Source: Campylobacterales bacterium (GTDB lineage Bacteria > Campylobacterota > Campylobacteria > Campylobacterales > QNZT01). From it: a stretch of 64,000 nt of DNA. The notes beneath the pieces are model-generated. The model ran no database searches. It had not been told where the DNA came from and saw only the letters and a program-made list of their open reading frames with translations. Position 1 is the stretch's first letter, and the number at the start of each line of letters is the position of its first letter. Below are positions 20,498-32,077 of the stretch, in pieces. A program made the translations under genes and the position numbers. The stretch lies in assembly GCA_024278835.1 (NCBI GenBank), contig JAJRSK010000053.1, positions 21,658 to 85,657 on the forward strand. The letters are read 5' to 3'.

Positions 20498-21051
20498 CAA
20501 AGTGCCCCTTCGCTATCCACCTCAGAAAACATGATAGCATCGATACTTTTGTCAAAAAGTGTGATGAGTTGAATCAACTTGATATCAAGATTTTCATCCT
20601 CACAATTCATATAAAAACTATTTTGCGCCCTTTCATTAAAAAGCCATGTCAGTGAATCATCTTTACTTTTTGCTATTTTTGCGCGTGGATGATTGCCTTT
20701 GCCAATATAAAAGTACGTATAACCATTGGGGAAGGATAAAGAGAGCATATCATCTAAAAGTTCCATCTGTTCTGCATCTTTGATACTGTCGACGTGAGGA
20801 AAGATGGAAGAGAGAGAAAGGATAGGTAACAGTGGTCTATCAAAAGAAGCTTTATTCAGTCTATTTAAGATGTACTCACCAAACCACTCTCTATCATTGT
20901 CCGTGATAAGTAAAAAAGTTTGGGCATTAATCAGACGATTGATAGAGGAGGCAACCAAAGGCACCCACTCAAAACGTTTCTCCTCCATCCAAGCAAAGGA
21001 AGAGCCATCTTTACGGATGTTTTCCAATGTCCAAGAGGAGAAGGTTGTCAT
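20497..21051 (-). CDS. hobA: HobA DNA replication initiation regulator
   Basis: WTLENIR...WMEEKRFEWVPL, TDNDREWF, LFDKSIDA; lysC-hobA-holB synteny. Confidence 0.9.
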   Translation of the reverse strand: MTTFSSWTLENIRKDGSSFAWMEEKRFEWVPLVASSINRLINAQTFLLITDNDREWFGEYILNRLNKASFDRPLLPILSLSSIFPHVDSIKDAEQMELLDDMLSLSFPNGYTYFYIGKGNHPRAKIAKSKDDSLTWLFNERAQNSFYMNCEDENLDIKLIQLITLFDKSIDAIMFSEVDSEGAL

Positions 21052-22253
21052 TATTTGTACATCTCATATGCATTGTGAAGCGCACGTACAGCTAACTCAC
21101 TATACTTCTCCGCTACTACCATAGAAATCTTTATCTCAGAGGTACTAATCATCTCGATATTGATATTTTCTTTCGCTAAGGTTTCAAAGGCACGACTCGC
21201 CACACCTGAGTGCGACTTCATCCCTACACCGACAATAGAAACCTTTGCGATATCACTATCAAACTCCAAGTGCGCAGCAGCATTGAGTTCAAGCATAATC
21301 TCTTTTGCTTTTTCCAACTCATTTTCAGGGACGGTAAATCCTAGATTGGTAGAACTATCTTCACCAACATTTTGAATAATCATATCTACGTTGACATTGT
21401 TTTTAGCCAGCGTCGAAAAAATCTCTGCAGCGATGCCCGGCTTGTCACTCACACCACGAAGTGTGATTCTTGCTTGATTTTTATCTACTGCAACACCTGA
21501 AACGATTGGTTTTTCCATAATATTCTCTTCCTTTGTAATCAGCGTTCCTTCATTATCATTGAAAGAACTTCTCGTGACTAAATTAACATTTAATTTTTTA
21601 GCAAGCTCAACAGAACGATTTTGTAAGACTTTTGCACCTAAAGAGGCAAACTCTAACATCTCATCATAAGAGATTTTTTCTATCTTTTTTGCCTTAGGCT
21701 CGATGCGGGGATCAGTGGTATATATCCCATCAACATCGGTATAAATCTCACATAAATCTGCATTCAATGCACCAGCAACTGCCACAGCAGAGAGATCAGA
21801 ACCCCCACGTCCAAGTGTGCTCACCGTGCCATCTTCAGTGATACCCTGAAAACCGGCTACCACGATGACTTTACCCTTTGCCAATTCAGACTTCATCTTT
21901 GTGTTGTCGATATGCTCAATCCGCGCCATCGTATGCACATCATCTGTATAAATCCCTGCCTGTCTCCCCGTTAAGGCAAGAGCGGGAAATCCCATCTCAC
22001 TCAAAGCTATTGCCAAAAGTGCAGACGTTACACGTTCACCAGAACTTAAGAGTATATCCATTTCACGCGCTGAAGGCGTCTCTGAAAAGTGTTGGGCATA
22101 CCCTACCAGCTTATTGGTCTCTCCACTCATCGCAGAGACGACTACCACAACATCATGTCCCTCTTTTTTAGCCTTCGCTACTCTAGAGGCAACATTCCCT
22201 ATGCGCTCTAAGTCTCCGACACTTGTGCCCCCATACTTTTGTACAATCAACAT
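21051..22253 (-). CDS. lysC: Aspartate kinase
   Basis: QKYGGTSVG, TLGRGGSDLSA, two ACT domains, ISTSEIKIS. Confidence 0.97.
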   Translation of the reverse strand: MLIVQKYGGTSVGDLERIGNVASRVAKAKKEGHDVVVVVSAMSGETNKLVGYAQHFSETPSAREMDILLSSGERVTSALLAIALSEMGFPALALTGRQAGIYTDDVHTMARIEHIDNTKMKSELAKGKVIVVAGFQGITEDGTVSTLGRGGSDLSAVAVAGALNADLCEIYTDVDGIYTTDPRIEPKAKKIEKISYDEMLEFASLGAKVLQNRSVELAKKLNVNLVTRSSFNDNEGTLITKEENIMEKPIVSGVAVDKNQARITLRGVSDKPGIAAEIFSTLAKNNVNVDMIIQNVGEDSSTNLGFTVPENELEKAKEIMLELNAAAHLEFDSDIAKVSIVGVGMKSHSGVASRAFETLAKENINIEMISTSEIKISMVVAEKYSELAVRALHNAYEMYK

Positions 22254-22254
22254 A

Positions 22255-22728
22255 CTACAGATATCCCTCTTTCTTAAAATGTGTCAATACCCTCTTATAG
22301 ATAGGTTTTTTGATATTTGATATCGTCTCCATCACCTCTTTGTAGGCGATAAACTTATATGCCATAAACTCTGGTTCTTTTGTATCTAGATTTATCTCAG
22401 CACCTGATTTTAACTTCACTAAAAAATACTTTTGCGTTTGTCCATCAAAAGGATATATCTTTTTCGCACCCTTATTTAGAAATTCATAACTTATCCAGTC
22501 AGGATGTTCTGCAATGATATCTATCTCATCCGTACCAATTTCCTCACGTAATTCTCGGAAAAGTGCTTCCTGCGGTGTTTCACCTTCATCTATACCGCCT
22601 TGAGGAAACTGCCAAGCATCACTTCGGATATCGATACGATTTGCGACCATAATCTCGTTGGTAAAGGGGTATTTTGAAGAGAGTACTATAGCCGCGACAT
22701 TGGGTCTATAGGTTTTTTCTTTTGCCAT
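22255..22728 (-). CDS. rppH: RNA pyrophosphohydrolase
   Basis: YRPNVAA, WQFPQGGIDEGE...RELREEIG Nudix box, GQTQKYF; start placed at ATG 22728 after GAGG. Confidence 0.93.
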   Translation of the reverse strand: MAKEKTYRPNVAAIVLSSKYPFTNEIMVANRIDIRSDAWQFPQGGIDEGETPQEALFRELREEIGTDEIDIIAEHPDWISYEFLNKGAKKIYPFDGQTQKYFLVKLKSGAEINLDTKEPEFMAYKFIAYKEVMETISNIKKPIYKRVLTHFKKEGYL

Positions 22729-22787
22729 CTTTTCCTCTTCTATTTTTATATGATATACTACCAAAAACAAAGTTAAAAAAGGTGCAA

Positions 22788-23843
22788 ATGCTTCTCTACT
22801 TACACATTCCTTTTTGCGATAGCAAGTGTCACTATTGTGCCTTCAACTCTTATACCCATTTGCATCACCTCAGAAAAGCATATATGTCAGCTATCATGAT
22901 ACAGTTAGAAAGCGAATTTGAACGCTTTGAGGTGACTAAGAACTCTATAGAAACACTCTTCATTGGAGGAGGCACACCCTCTTGTGTCTCAGCACAAGAG
23001 TATAAGCCATTTTTTGATTTTATCTCTCCTTTTCTTGCAGCAGATGCAGAGATAAGCACCGAAGCAAATCCAAACTCAGCCACTTTTACATGGCTACAAG
23101 GGATGTATGACTTAGGTGTCAATCGTGTTAGTTTTGGTGTACAAAGTTTTAACGTAGAGAAACTTAAACGTTTAAACCGGAACCACACTCCTTCTGATGC
23201 CCGGCAAGCTATACAAAATGCCAAAAATATAGGCTTCAAAAATCTCTCTCTAGATTTGATATATGGCACAGACATCGATACACAAGCTCTTTTATTGCAC
23301 GATATCGAAACGGCATTTTCTCTACCTATCAACCATATAAGTGCTTATTCGCTTACTATTGAGGAGGGGACAAAGTTTTTTGAGACACCAGAGGTCGCAC
23401 ACGATGATGAGTCACAGGCTTTCTGGTTTGTCAAAGAGATAGAAAAAAGAGGTTTTCAAAGTTACGAAATCTCTAACTTTGGCACATATCAGTCAAAACA
23501 CAACCGAGGTTATTGGGAGTATAAAGATTATTTAGGAGTTGGTTCAGGTGCCGTTGGGTTTTTAAAAGATACGCGTTTTTACACACAAAGTGATGTGCAT
23601 GCCTATATCAAAGACCCTCTAAATATCACTATCGAAGCACTAAATGAAGAAGATATAAAAAATGAGAAAATTCTTCTGGGACTTCGCTCCAATGTAGGAT
23701 TTTCAGAAAGTATACTCAGTCATGATGAACGTCAAAAAGCCCAACATCTTATAGAAGAGAAAAAAATCACCTACCATGATAAGAGATATTATAATAATGA
23801 CTTTTTTCTATCTGATGAACTCACACTCTATATTACTAGCTAA
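22788..23843 (+). CDS. hemW: Radical SAM heme chaperone HemW
   Basis: LYLHIPFCDSKCHYCAF, GGGTPS, YEISNF, HNRGYW. Confidence 0.9.
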   Translation: MLLYLHIPFCDSKCHYCAFNSYTHLHHLRKAYMSAIMIQLESEFERFEVTKNSIETLFIGGGTPSCVSAQEYKPFFDFISPFLAADAEISTEANPNSATFTWLQGMYDLGVNRVSFGVQSFNVEKLKRLNRNHTPSDARQAIQNAKNIGFKNLSLDLIYGTDIDTQALLLHDIETAFSLPINHISAYSLTIEEGTKFFETPEVAHDDESQAFWFVKEIEKRGFQSYEISNFGTYQSKHNRGYWEYKDYLGVGSGAVGFLKDTRFYTQSDVHAYIKDPLNITIEALNEEDIKNEKILLGLRSNVGFSESILSHDERQKAQHLIEEKKITYHDKRYYNNDFFLSDELTLYITS

Positions 23844-24789
23844 GTTTAGACTCTTGTTTAAACTTTTTAGCCAAAGCATAATAAAAAGTAGCACGGTACT
23901 TGTTGCGTGAAGCTTTTAACTCTTCGCATACTTCTTTGATAGCACTATTAAGTACATCATCACCCTCTTTCATCTGTAGCTTTTTCACTAAGAAGTTATT
24001 TCTGACGGTATCCAACTCTTTAGGATCAGAGCATGAGACAAGTTCGGCATCTTTTCTATAGATAGAAGGTCCCAAGTTCTTAACAACAATCGCTAAAAAG
24101 GCTTCATCTACTTTTCCATAATGTTTTGTGATATCGGCACTATAAAGTGCTATTTTTGCTTCTCTTTTGGATGCTGGTTTTGTAGTAGATGCCACCTTCC
24201 TTTTTGCTGCGCTTGGCTTACTTGTCTCATTCTTATTTGATGGGGTTTTCTTTGCTGGTGATTTTTTAGATGTTTCTGTATCCTTAGTAACAGACTTTTC
24301 TACTTTCTTTGCTGCTGTTTTTTCCGTTTTCTTGACTACAGGTTTTTCACTTTTTTTAGGAGCAGATTTTTCAACTACTACCTCTTCTGACTTTTCTTCA
24401 GCTACTGGCTTGACCGCTTCTTTCGTTATTTTTGCCGCTTGCTCTTTCGTCACCTTAGGCTCTTCTTTTTTTGTAGTTGGTTTTTTCTCTGCTTTTTGGG
24501 CAGATGCTCTCATGACTTCATTCGCCGCGTCACTTCTGACACCCTCTTCTACTTTACTCTTAAGTTCCTTGGCTACTTCAACACTTTTTTCTATCTCTTC
24601 TTTGATAGCATCAGGCTGGAGTTTCTCTTTAACCTTTTTAAAATCCTCTTTAAACTCTGCTTCTCTGCGCTTGTTCTCTTCTACAGATATTGCAGCTTCT
24701 TCTGCCCACTTTTTCTTTTTTTCTGTTATCTTTTCACCCACTTTTCCCAAAAGCGACTTTGTTAACTTTACAACGGCTAACTCTTTCAT
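23836..24789 (-). CDS. DUF2853-family protein with long Lys/Glu/Ala-rich N-terminal extension
   Basis: C-terminal LGPSIYRKDAELVSCSDPKELDTVRNNFLVKKL...RNKYRATFYY matches DUF2853 (from recall). Confidence 0.75.
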   Translation of the reverse strand: MKELAVVKLTKSLLGKVGEKITEKKKKWAEEAAISVEENKRREAEFKEDFKKVKEKLQPDAIKEEIEKSVEVAKELKSKVEEGVRSDAANEVMRASAQKAEKKPTTKKEEPKVTKEQAAKITKEAVKPVAEEKSEEVVVEKSAPKKSEKPVVKKTEKTAAKKVEKSVTKDTETSKKSPAKKTPSNKNETSKPSAAKRKVASTTKPASKREAKIALYSADITKHYGKVDEAFLAIVVKNLGPSIYRKDAELVSCSDPKELDTVRNNFLVKKLQMKEGDDVLNSAIKEVCEELKASRNKYRATFYYALAKKFKQESKLS

Positions 24790-24883
24790 AATATTCTCCT
24801 TTAAATTGCTATTTTGTTATTATATCGCAAAATTATTATATTCTTTTAGATACAATAACGCTACTTTAATTACAGGAAATTAT

Positions 24884-25261
24884 ATGTTTGGAATGAGCTT
24901 TGGCGAGATACTTATCATCGCTGTCATCGCGATACTGTTTATAGGCCCCGATAAACTCCCCGATGCGATGGTAAAAGTCGCAAAATTCTTTAGAAGCTTT
25001 AAGAAAACAGTTAATGAGACAAAAGAGAGCATTGAACAAGAGATGCATTTGGCTGAACTAAAAGAAGAAGCTATCTCTTACAAAGAGAAACTTGATGGTG
25101 CTGTTAATGACTTTAAACTCGATACTGATGTTAATATCGTTGATGATTTAAATAAAAGTGTCAAAGAGATAGAAACTTCTGTCAAGCAGATAAGCAGTGA
25201 TAGCAAACCAAAAAAATCAAAGAAAAGTAAGAAAAAGAGCGCTAAGGATCAAGATGTTTAG
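24884..25261 (+). CDS. tatB: Tat translocase TatB
   Basis: MFGMSFGEILIIAVIAILFIGPDKLP; RBS AGGA. Confidence 0.93.
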   Translation: MFGMSFGEILIIAVIAILFIGPDKLPDAMVKVAKFFRSFKKTVNETKESIEQEMHLAELKEEAISYKEKLDGAVNDFKLDTDVNIVDDLNKSVKEIETSVKQISSDSKPKKSKKSKKKSAKDQDV

Positions 25262-25997
25262 TGATTTAAAACCACATCTCATAGAACTTAGAAAGCGATT
25301 GGCTATCTCAGTTGGCTCTATCATCGTACTTTTCTTTGTCATCTTTGCACTTTTTTGGCAACCTATCCTAGACTGGATGACTTTCCCCCTTAAAGAAGTT
25401 TTAGATGAAAACAGTCATATGATATTTACCAAAGTGCAAGAGAAGTTTTTTACAGCACTTAAGGTCTCATTTTTTACGGGCTTTATGGCAGCCCTTCCTA
25501 TTATATTTTGGCAATTTTGGCTTTTTGTCTCTCCGGGTTTATATGCCAATGAGAAAAAGATGGTTTTACCTTTTGTCACCGGTGCTACCAGCATGTTTCT
25601 TATCGGAGCAGCATTTTGTTACTATGTAGTTATCCCTTTTGGTTTTGACTTTCTTATCAATTTTGGTGGGACAGAACAATTCACTGCTATGCCTAGTATC
25701 GGTGAATATGTAGGCTTTTTTACCAAGCTTCTTTTTGGCTTTGGACTTGCTTTTGAGATGCCTGTTATCACCTTTTTATTAGCAGTGCTAGGACTTGTGA
25801 CGGATAAAACATTAAAAGAATTTTTTCGCTACGCACTGGTTATTATCTTCATGGTTTCCGCACTTCTTACACCACCAGATATCTTGACACAGTTTTTGAT
25901 GGCAGGACCTATGATACTCCTTTATGGTCTCTCTATTTTAATAGCCAAAAAAATAAATCCAGAAGAAGCAGAAGAACTGGAAGAGGACGATGCCTAG
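25254..25997 (+). CDS. tatC: Tat translocase TatC
   Basis: HLIELRKRL, FVSPGLYANEK, AFEMPV, LTPPD. Confidence 0.96.
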   Translation: MFSDLKPHLIELRKRLAISVGSIIVLFFVIFALFWQPILDWMTFPLKEVLDENSHMIFTKVQEKFFTALKVSFFTGFMAALPIIFWQFWLFVSPGLYANEKKMVLPFVTGATSMFLIGAAFCYYVVIPFGFDFLINFGGTEQFTAMPSIGEYVGFFTKLLFGFGLAFEMPVITFLLAVLGLVTDKTLKEFFRYALVIIFMVSALLTPPDILTQFLMAGPMILLYGLSILIAKKINPEEAEELEEDDA

Positions 25998-27018
25998 CCC
26001 TAACCCTCTTCTGGTAGACTCGTATGACTATACTCTACCAGAAGAGTTGATTGCTTCTTCTCCTGCTGTCCCTAAAGACTCGGCAAAACTCTTGGTTTAT
26101 AACCGTCAAACTGATACGATCACCCATGCTACGTTTAGAGATATCCACTCTTTTATTCCACAAGATACAACGATAGTGTTAAATGATACCAAAGTGATAA
26201 AAGCAAGAATTTTTGGTGAAAAAAAGAGCGGTGGGAAAGTAGAATTACTCATCAATACTCCTTTAGAAAATAATCAATTTTTAGTCTATATCAGAGGACG
26301 TGTAAAACTCACCACACAGCTCTATTTTGAAGATGGCTTAATCGCCAATATTTTAGCCCTCAATACAGACGGCACCCGAGTAGTTAACTTCTATCATGAT
26401 AAGAAAAAGTTAGACTTTGAGAGCCTAAATATCATACTAAATAAAATCGGTCATATTCCACTACCTTCTTATATCAAAAGAGAAGACTCCAAAGAAGATG
26501 AAAAAGATTATCAAACACTCTTTGCTAAAAAGATAGGTGCCGTAGCAGCACCTACTGCTTCTTTGCATTTTACAGAAGCACTTTTCAAAGAGGTAAAAGA
26601 GAACTTTAATGCACATTTTATTACCCTACACGTGGGGGCTGGGACATTTAAACCTGTTGAATGTAAACAGATTAAAGAACATGTGATGCATAAAGAGTTT
26701 TTTGATATTCCTGCCAAAACAGAAGCATTGCTAAAAAGTGATAAAAATATCTTAGCCGTGGGCACAACCGTCACACGTACTATAGAATACTACGCTAGAG
26801 AAAAAAAAGTACATGGGGAGTCAGATCTCTTTTTACACCCGGAGAACAGACCCCTTCGTGTGACGCATCTCTTAACCAATTTCCATTTACCAAAGTCAAC
26901 ACTACTTATGCTAGTAGCTAGTTTTGTGGGGCTTGAAAAGGCTCTTTCTCTTTATGAAGAGGCAATCAAACAAGAGTATAAATTTTATTCGTATGGTGAT
27001 GCCATGCTGATACTATAA
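25990..27018 (+). CDS. queA: tRNA preQ1 SAM ribosyltransferase-isomerase
   Basis: NDTKVIKAR, AVAAPTASLHF, TLHVGAGTF, TNFHLPKST, FYSYGDAMLI. Confidence 0.97.
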   Translation: MPSPNPLLVDSYDYTLPEELIASSPAVPKDSAKLLVYNRQTDTITHATFRDIHSFIPQDTTIVLNDTKVIKARIFGEKKSGGKVELLINTPLENNQFLVYIRGRVKLTTQLYFEDGLIANILALNTDGTRVVNFYHDKKKLDFESLNIILNKIGHIPLPSYIKREDSKEDEKDYQTLFAKKIGAVAAPTASLHFTEALFKEVKENFNAHFITLHVGAGTFKPVECKQIKEHVMHKEFFDIPAKTEALLKSDKNILAVGTTVTRTIEYYAREKKVHGESDLFLHPENRPLRVTHLLTNFHLPKSTLLMLVASFVGLEKALSLYEEAIKQEYKFYSYGDAMLIL

Positions 27019-27026
27019 GGATTGAA

Positions 27027-27371
27027 ATGATTACGATATATGGCATTAAAAACTGTGACTCGGTGAGAAAAGCAATAAAATATATGAAAAGTAATGATTT
27101 AACATATCAGTTTGTTGACTTTAGAGAAACACCCATTGATGAAAAAAAAATAGCCTTATGGCTTGAAAAAGTCTCTATAGACACACTATTTAACAAACGT
27201 GGAACAACATATAGAAGTTTAAAATTAAAAGAGTTAAACCTGAGTGATGAGGAAAAGGAAGCATGGCTATCTAAAGAATATATGCTTATAAAACGTCCTG
27301 TTCTTGAGTATCATGATAAAGTCATAGTTGGCTTTAATGAGGCAGTTTATGATACAACGTTTACAGGATAA
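27027..27371 (+). CDS. ArsC/Spx/YffB-family protein
   Basis: IYGIKNCDSVRKA, NKRGTTYR, LIKRPVL. Confidence 0.88.
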   Translation: MITIYGIKNCDSVRKAIKYMKSNDLTYQFVDFRETPIDEKKIALWLEKVSIDTLFNKRGTTYRSLKLKELNLSDEEKEAWLSKEYMLIKRPVLEYHDKVIVGFNEAVYDTTFTG

Positions 27372-27789
27372 AGGGAATAATCATCTTTGTTCTCTTTTTG
27401 TATGCTAAGTAATCTTCATGATGATTGCTCCAAAGCTTCTCTTCTTTAAAGGCTTTGAGTGAAACTGCTACTATCATGATACAAAGAGCAAGAACATTGA
27501 TGACATTAAAATGCCACAGTACAATTCCCAAGACAAACAAAATCAAAGAACTATACATAGGGTGTCTTACATAACGATAAGGACCTGTCACAATCAGTTT
27601 TGCATTGTCTCTTATCTCAGGCACGACATTAAAATTACCTACTCTGTTATGTGCAAATATCCATAATGCTGTAACCGTAGCAATGCACAGCAATACCCAC
27701 CAAAATGGTATTATCATGATAGAGGATTTGGGTATCATGATAACAAATATAGCCAAGAACTGTATCCCTACTAAGACCAAAGAATTCAT
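27361..27789 (-). CDS. Isoprenylcysteine carboxyl methyltransferase family protein
   Basis: LIVTGPYRYVRHPMYS, EEK...Y..Y. Confidence 0.85.
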   Translation of the reverse strand: MNSLVLVGIQFLAIFVIMIPKSSIMIIPFWWVLLCIATVTALWIFAHNRVGNFNVVPEIRDNAKLIVTGPYRYVRHPMYSSLILFVLGIVLWHFNVINVLALCIMIVAVSLKAFKEEKLWSNHHEDYLAYKKRTKMIIPFIL

Positions 27790-28169
27790 CGACTAAGCCA
27801 CCGATCAAGTATAATCTGCGCAGCGATAGAGTCCACCTTACCGTCACGTTTTTGTTTTACTTTGCCTTTCATCATCTCTTTCGCTTCCCCACTACTACCA
27901 TACTCATCATGATAAAAAACTTCACCAGAAAATTCTAATAAAGAGACAAAGTGTTCTATACGCCTTGTCATCTCTGCTTCACTACTACCACCCTTTGGCA
28001 GACCAACCACAAGCGTTTTTATCTCCCATTCTATAAGCATAGCATCTACATCTCTTGCTGCTTGATTTCTATTTTTTCTCAAAATGGAAGTTTGTGGAAC
28101 AACTATCTTTTCATCCAAACGTATTGCCACCCCGATACGTTTTAATCCGACATCAATCGCGGCTATCAT
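27786..28169 (-). CDS. ruvX: Pre-16S rRNA nuclease YqgF/RuvX
   Basis: AIDVGLKRIGVA, VVGLP, DEYGSS, DSIAAQIIL. Confidence 0.93.
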   Translation of the reverse strand: MIAAIDVGLKRIGVAIRLDEKIVVPQTSILRKNRNQAARDVDAMLIEWEIKTLVVGLPKGGSSEAEMTRRIEHFVSLLEFSGEVFYHDEYGSSGEAKEMMKGKVKQKRDGKVDSIAAQIILDRWLSR

Positions 28170-28930
28170 GATAAGCTCACTTTAAGATTTTTGATAGTGA
28201 TTTTTCCTTCTAACTCTAACTCATATATCTTATCACCAAACTTTTCTAAACTTTCTGCCAGCGTGGGAGTAGATTTAAAAAAGACCAACTCACCAAGCTC
28301 TTCTTCTGTTATCTTACCAAACTTTGCGATAAAATCATCGATATTTGTGATGATTTCTGCATGCCCCTCACGCAGTAGTTTTTGTGTGCCGAGACTTTCT
28401 CCCACACGTTGTGCAAGGACATAAATCTTTTTGCCCATCTCTATGGCTATTTCCGCACTCCTCATAGTACCAGAGTTTTCATCCGCCTCTGTGATAATCA
28501 ACACCTCTCCCAAAGCCACCACGATACTATTTCGTATCACAAAAGTATACTTTGTCGCACGCATCGTTACTTCATATTCACTCAGAACCAAAGCCTCTTT
28601 TTGCATCGCCTGTATCAACTTTTTATTGACAGCTGGATAGGCGATATCTAGTGAATTTGCCATCACGGCTATGGTATTGGGAAATGCACCATGATGAGAC
28701 ACAGCATCTACACCCATCGCTGCACCACTCACGACTACGATACATAAACTTGAAAATTTTTCTGCTAGTTCTCTTGTCTTCTCTTTAGTATATTGACTAG
28801 GACGACGTGTGCCTACAATAGAAATTTTTCTTTTTTCTAAAAAAGTTTGATTCCCTATAGCATAAAGCTGGGCAGGTGGTTTTTTTAGTTTAGCTAAAGA
28901 GTTGGGGATAGTACAAAGTTTTTCAATCAT
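28166..28930 (-). CDS. dprA: DNA-processing protein DprA
   Basis: ISIVGTRRPS, VSGAAMGVD, FVIRNSIV, EADENSGT. Confidence 0.92.
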   Translation of the reverse strand: MIEKLCTIPNSLAKLKKPPAQLYAIGNQTFLEKRKISIVGTRRPSQYTKEKTRELAEKFSSLCIVVVSGAAMGVDAVSHHGAFPNTIAVMANSLDIAYPAVNKKLIQAMQKEALVLSEYEVTMRATKYTFVIRNSIVVALGEVLIITEADENSGTMRSAEIAIEMGKKIYVLAQRVGESLGTQKLLREGHAEIITNIDDFIAKFGKITEEELGELVFFKSTPTLAESLEKFGDKIYELELEGKITIKNLKVSLS

Positions 28931-29922
28931 AATAACTCATCTATAAAAACCATCTTCACATCTTTGAGTAGATAGGATGCCTCTTTAAATGCTTCAAATG
29001 TTTCAGGACGAGGATGACATATCGCGATAGCTTCACCATGTTTTTTGGCATACCTTACCGCTTTTTTGAGCTGATTTAATATATAAGCGACATCAGGTTC
29101 ATTATCCAAAAAGATATTGCGCTCTAGTACAACTCTGTTATGTAACTTTCCTGTCTCTTTACCTCTAGTATGAGGTGCTGTTTTACTATCTATAAAATTT
29201 ATATCATACTTATCTAAGACACAAAAAAGTCTGTCCATTGCCTTAGCGTCAGAAGTAAATCTGCTACCTGTATGGTTATTGATAGCCACGGCATTTGGAA
29301 AATCTTGATACATAGCAGCAATCTTTTCTTCTATAAGATCAAGAGAATCTGAAACTTCTAAGGTATTCTCTTCGGGTCGAGAAAAATTAAATGCTTCCAT
29401 AGGCATATGTACCATATAACATTTAAATTTTTTTGCAAAAAGTGGTGTATCCCTATGCTTTTGAGTGGCAGGAAAGATTGAAGGGGTGATGGCAAAAGGA
29501 ATCTTTTGAAAAGCCCTTACTTGCTTAGCATTACCTATATCATCCATGATGATGGCCAATCTAGGAACATTGTCAGAAAAAGCTTTTTTAATCCTCTTTG
29601 GTATCTTTACAATCACTTTACAAGAGGGCTTCACTAAAAGAACAGAATGATTGTCATCTTTATGTTTTTGACTATAGATGTAGTCATCAATCTCTGTTGC
29701 GATACTCAAAATATCTGTTTTCTCTTTTTTCTTTATCTCTAACAAGGTTGTTTCAAGTTTTTTTACTTCATCGATCTTTTCATTTACTGGGGCTAAGGGT
29801 TTAGGGGATATATGGGTGGAGGGATGTTTTATATAAAATTTTTCATATATGGCAACACTTAGCAATATCACGGCAACCGCTGCAAATAATGAAAGTGCTA
29901 CATATAAAAAAGTTTTTTTCAT
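28927..29922 (-). CDS. Divergent polysaccharide deacetylase family protein
   Basis: LAIIMDDIG, HMPME, NNHTGS, FIDSKT, IFLDN, AIAICHP. Confidence 0.9.
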   Translation of the reverse strand: MKKTFLYVALSLFAAVAVILLSVAIYEKFYIKHPSTHISPKPLAPVNEKIDEVKKLETTLLEIKKKEKTDILSIATEIDDYIYSQKHKDDNHSVLLVKPSCKVIVKIPKRIKKAFSDNVPRLAIIMDDIGNAKQVRAFQKIPFAITPSIFPATQKHRDTPLFAKKFKCYMVHMPMEAFNFSRPEENTLEVSDSLDLIEEKIAAMYQDFPNAVAINNHTGSRFTSDAKAMDRLFCVLDKYDINFIDSKTAPHTRGKETGKLHNRVVLERNIFLDNEPDVAYILNQLKKAVRYAKKHGEAIAICHPRPETFEAFKEASYLLKDVKMVFIDELL

Positions 29923-29929
29923 ACTACTC

Positions 29930-30175
29930 TTAGTTTTTGCCTAGGGAGATTTCAAGTTCTAACATATCAACTTCATCATTTTTTTCTGTTTTGATATTGA
30001 CGTCAGGAGCGGAGCCTGTATATTTTTTCACCACTTCTAAAATTTCACGTTTTAAATCTTCCAAATAAGGGATATTACAATCTGCTCTCTCAGTTGCCAA
30101 CATAACTTTTAATCTTGCTTTTGCATTGCCAGCAGATGCTTTCTTTTTTCCGAACATTCTCTCAAACAAGGTCAT
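29930..30175 (-). CDS. minE: Cell division topological specificity factor
   Basis: [29 protein letters not shown]. Confidence 0.93.
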   Translation of the reverse strand: MTLFERMFGKKKASAGNAKARLKVMLATERADCNIPYLEDLKREILEVVKKYTGSAPDVNIKTEKNDEVDMLELEISLGKN

Positions 30176-30972
30176 CCAAATAACCTTTTGAAAAAACCTT
30201 TTTTAGTACTAAGATCTAAAAAAGAAACTTCTTCACCTAAAACGCGTTTAGCGATACGTCTATATGCTTCAGCCGCTAAAGAATTTTTATCATAATAGAT
30301 AGGTTCACCATCATTGGTTGATGTGATAATTTTCTCATCGTCTGGGATCACACCAATAAGTGGCAATGCCAAGATACTTAACACATCTTCCACTGAGAGC
30401 ATAGAACCACTCTCTACCATATCAGGACGCAGTCTATTGATGACAACATGCTTTAGCACTTCTTCACCATCCTTTGCTTTTTGACTTTTTGCATCGATGA
30501 TACCAATGACACGATCAGCATCTCTGACTGCAGATACATCAGGAGTAGACACCACGATAGCACGATCAGCTAAAAAGATTGAGTGTTCAAAGCCACTCTC
30601 GATTCCCGCGGGGGAATCAAGTATGATAAAATCAAATTCTTTTTTAAGTGCGGCAATTAACTCAGCCACTTTTTCTTTGTTAAGTATATCTTTATCACTT
30701 GTCTGAGAAGCTGGTAGAAAATAGAGTGATTTAGATCTTTTATCATTGATGAGTGCTTGAGAGAGATTACATCTACCCTCCATCACATCAATGACATCAT
30801 AGACGATTCTATTTTCAAGACCCAAAATCATATCAAGATTTCTAAGCCCTATATCAAAATCAACAGCAACCACTTTTTTACCAGCTTCTGCTAAACCTAC
30901 AGCGAGATTCGCCGAAAGTGTTGACTTCCCTACTCCCCCTTTTCCAGAGGTGACGGTTATAACTTCTGACAT
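30172..30972 (-). CDS. minD: Septum site-determining protein MinD
   Basis: [29 protein letters not shown]-terminal amphipathic GFFKRLFG. Confidence 0.97.
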   Translation of the reverse strand: MSEVITVTSGKGGVGKSTLSANLAVGLAEAGKKVVAVDFDIGLRNLDMILGLENRIVYDVIDVMEGRCNLSQALINDKRSKSLYFLPASQTSDKDILNKEKVAELIAALKKEFDFIILDSPAGIESGFEHSIFLADRAIVVSTPDVSAVRDADRVIGIIDAKSQKAKDGEEVLKHVVINRLRPDMVESGSMLSVEDVLSILALPLIGVIPDDEKIITSTNDGEPIYYDKNSLAAEAYRRIAKRVLGEEVSFLDLSTKKGFFKRLFG

Positions 30973-30983
30973 ATCAGCCTCTT

Positions 30984-32018
<1,035 letters not shown>

Positions 32019-32077
32019 CTATAATATTTTGGGAGATTTTACTACAATGTTTCTTTATACCACCTCACAATAAAAAA

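Noticed and set aside
24167-24883. Long N-terminal extension of the 364-aa plus-strand ORF
   Set aside because: Antisense shadow of the Lys-rich gene; TatB starts at 24884 with its own RBS
29930-30972. minDE without minC
   Set aside because: ilvC-minD-minE-dprA with unlinked minC is the known Helicobacter-type arrangement
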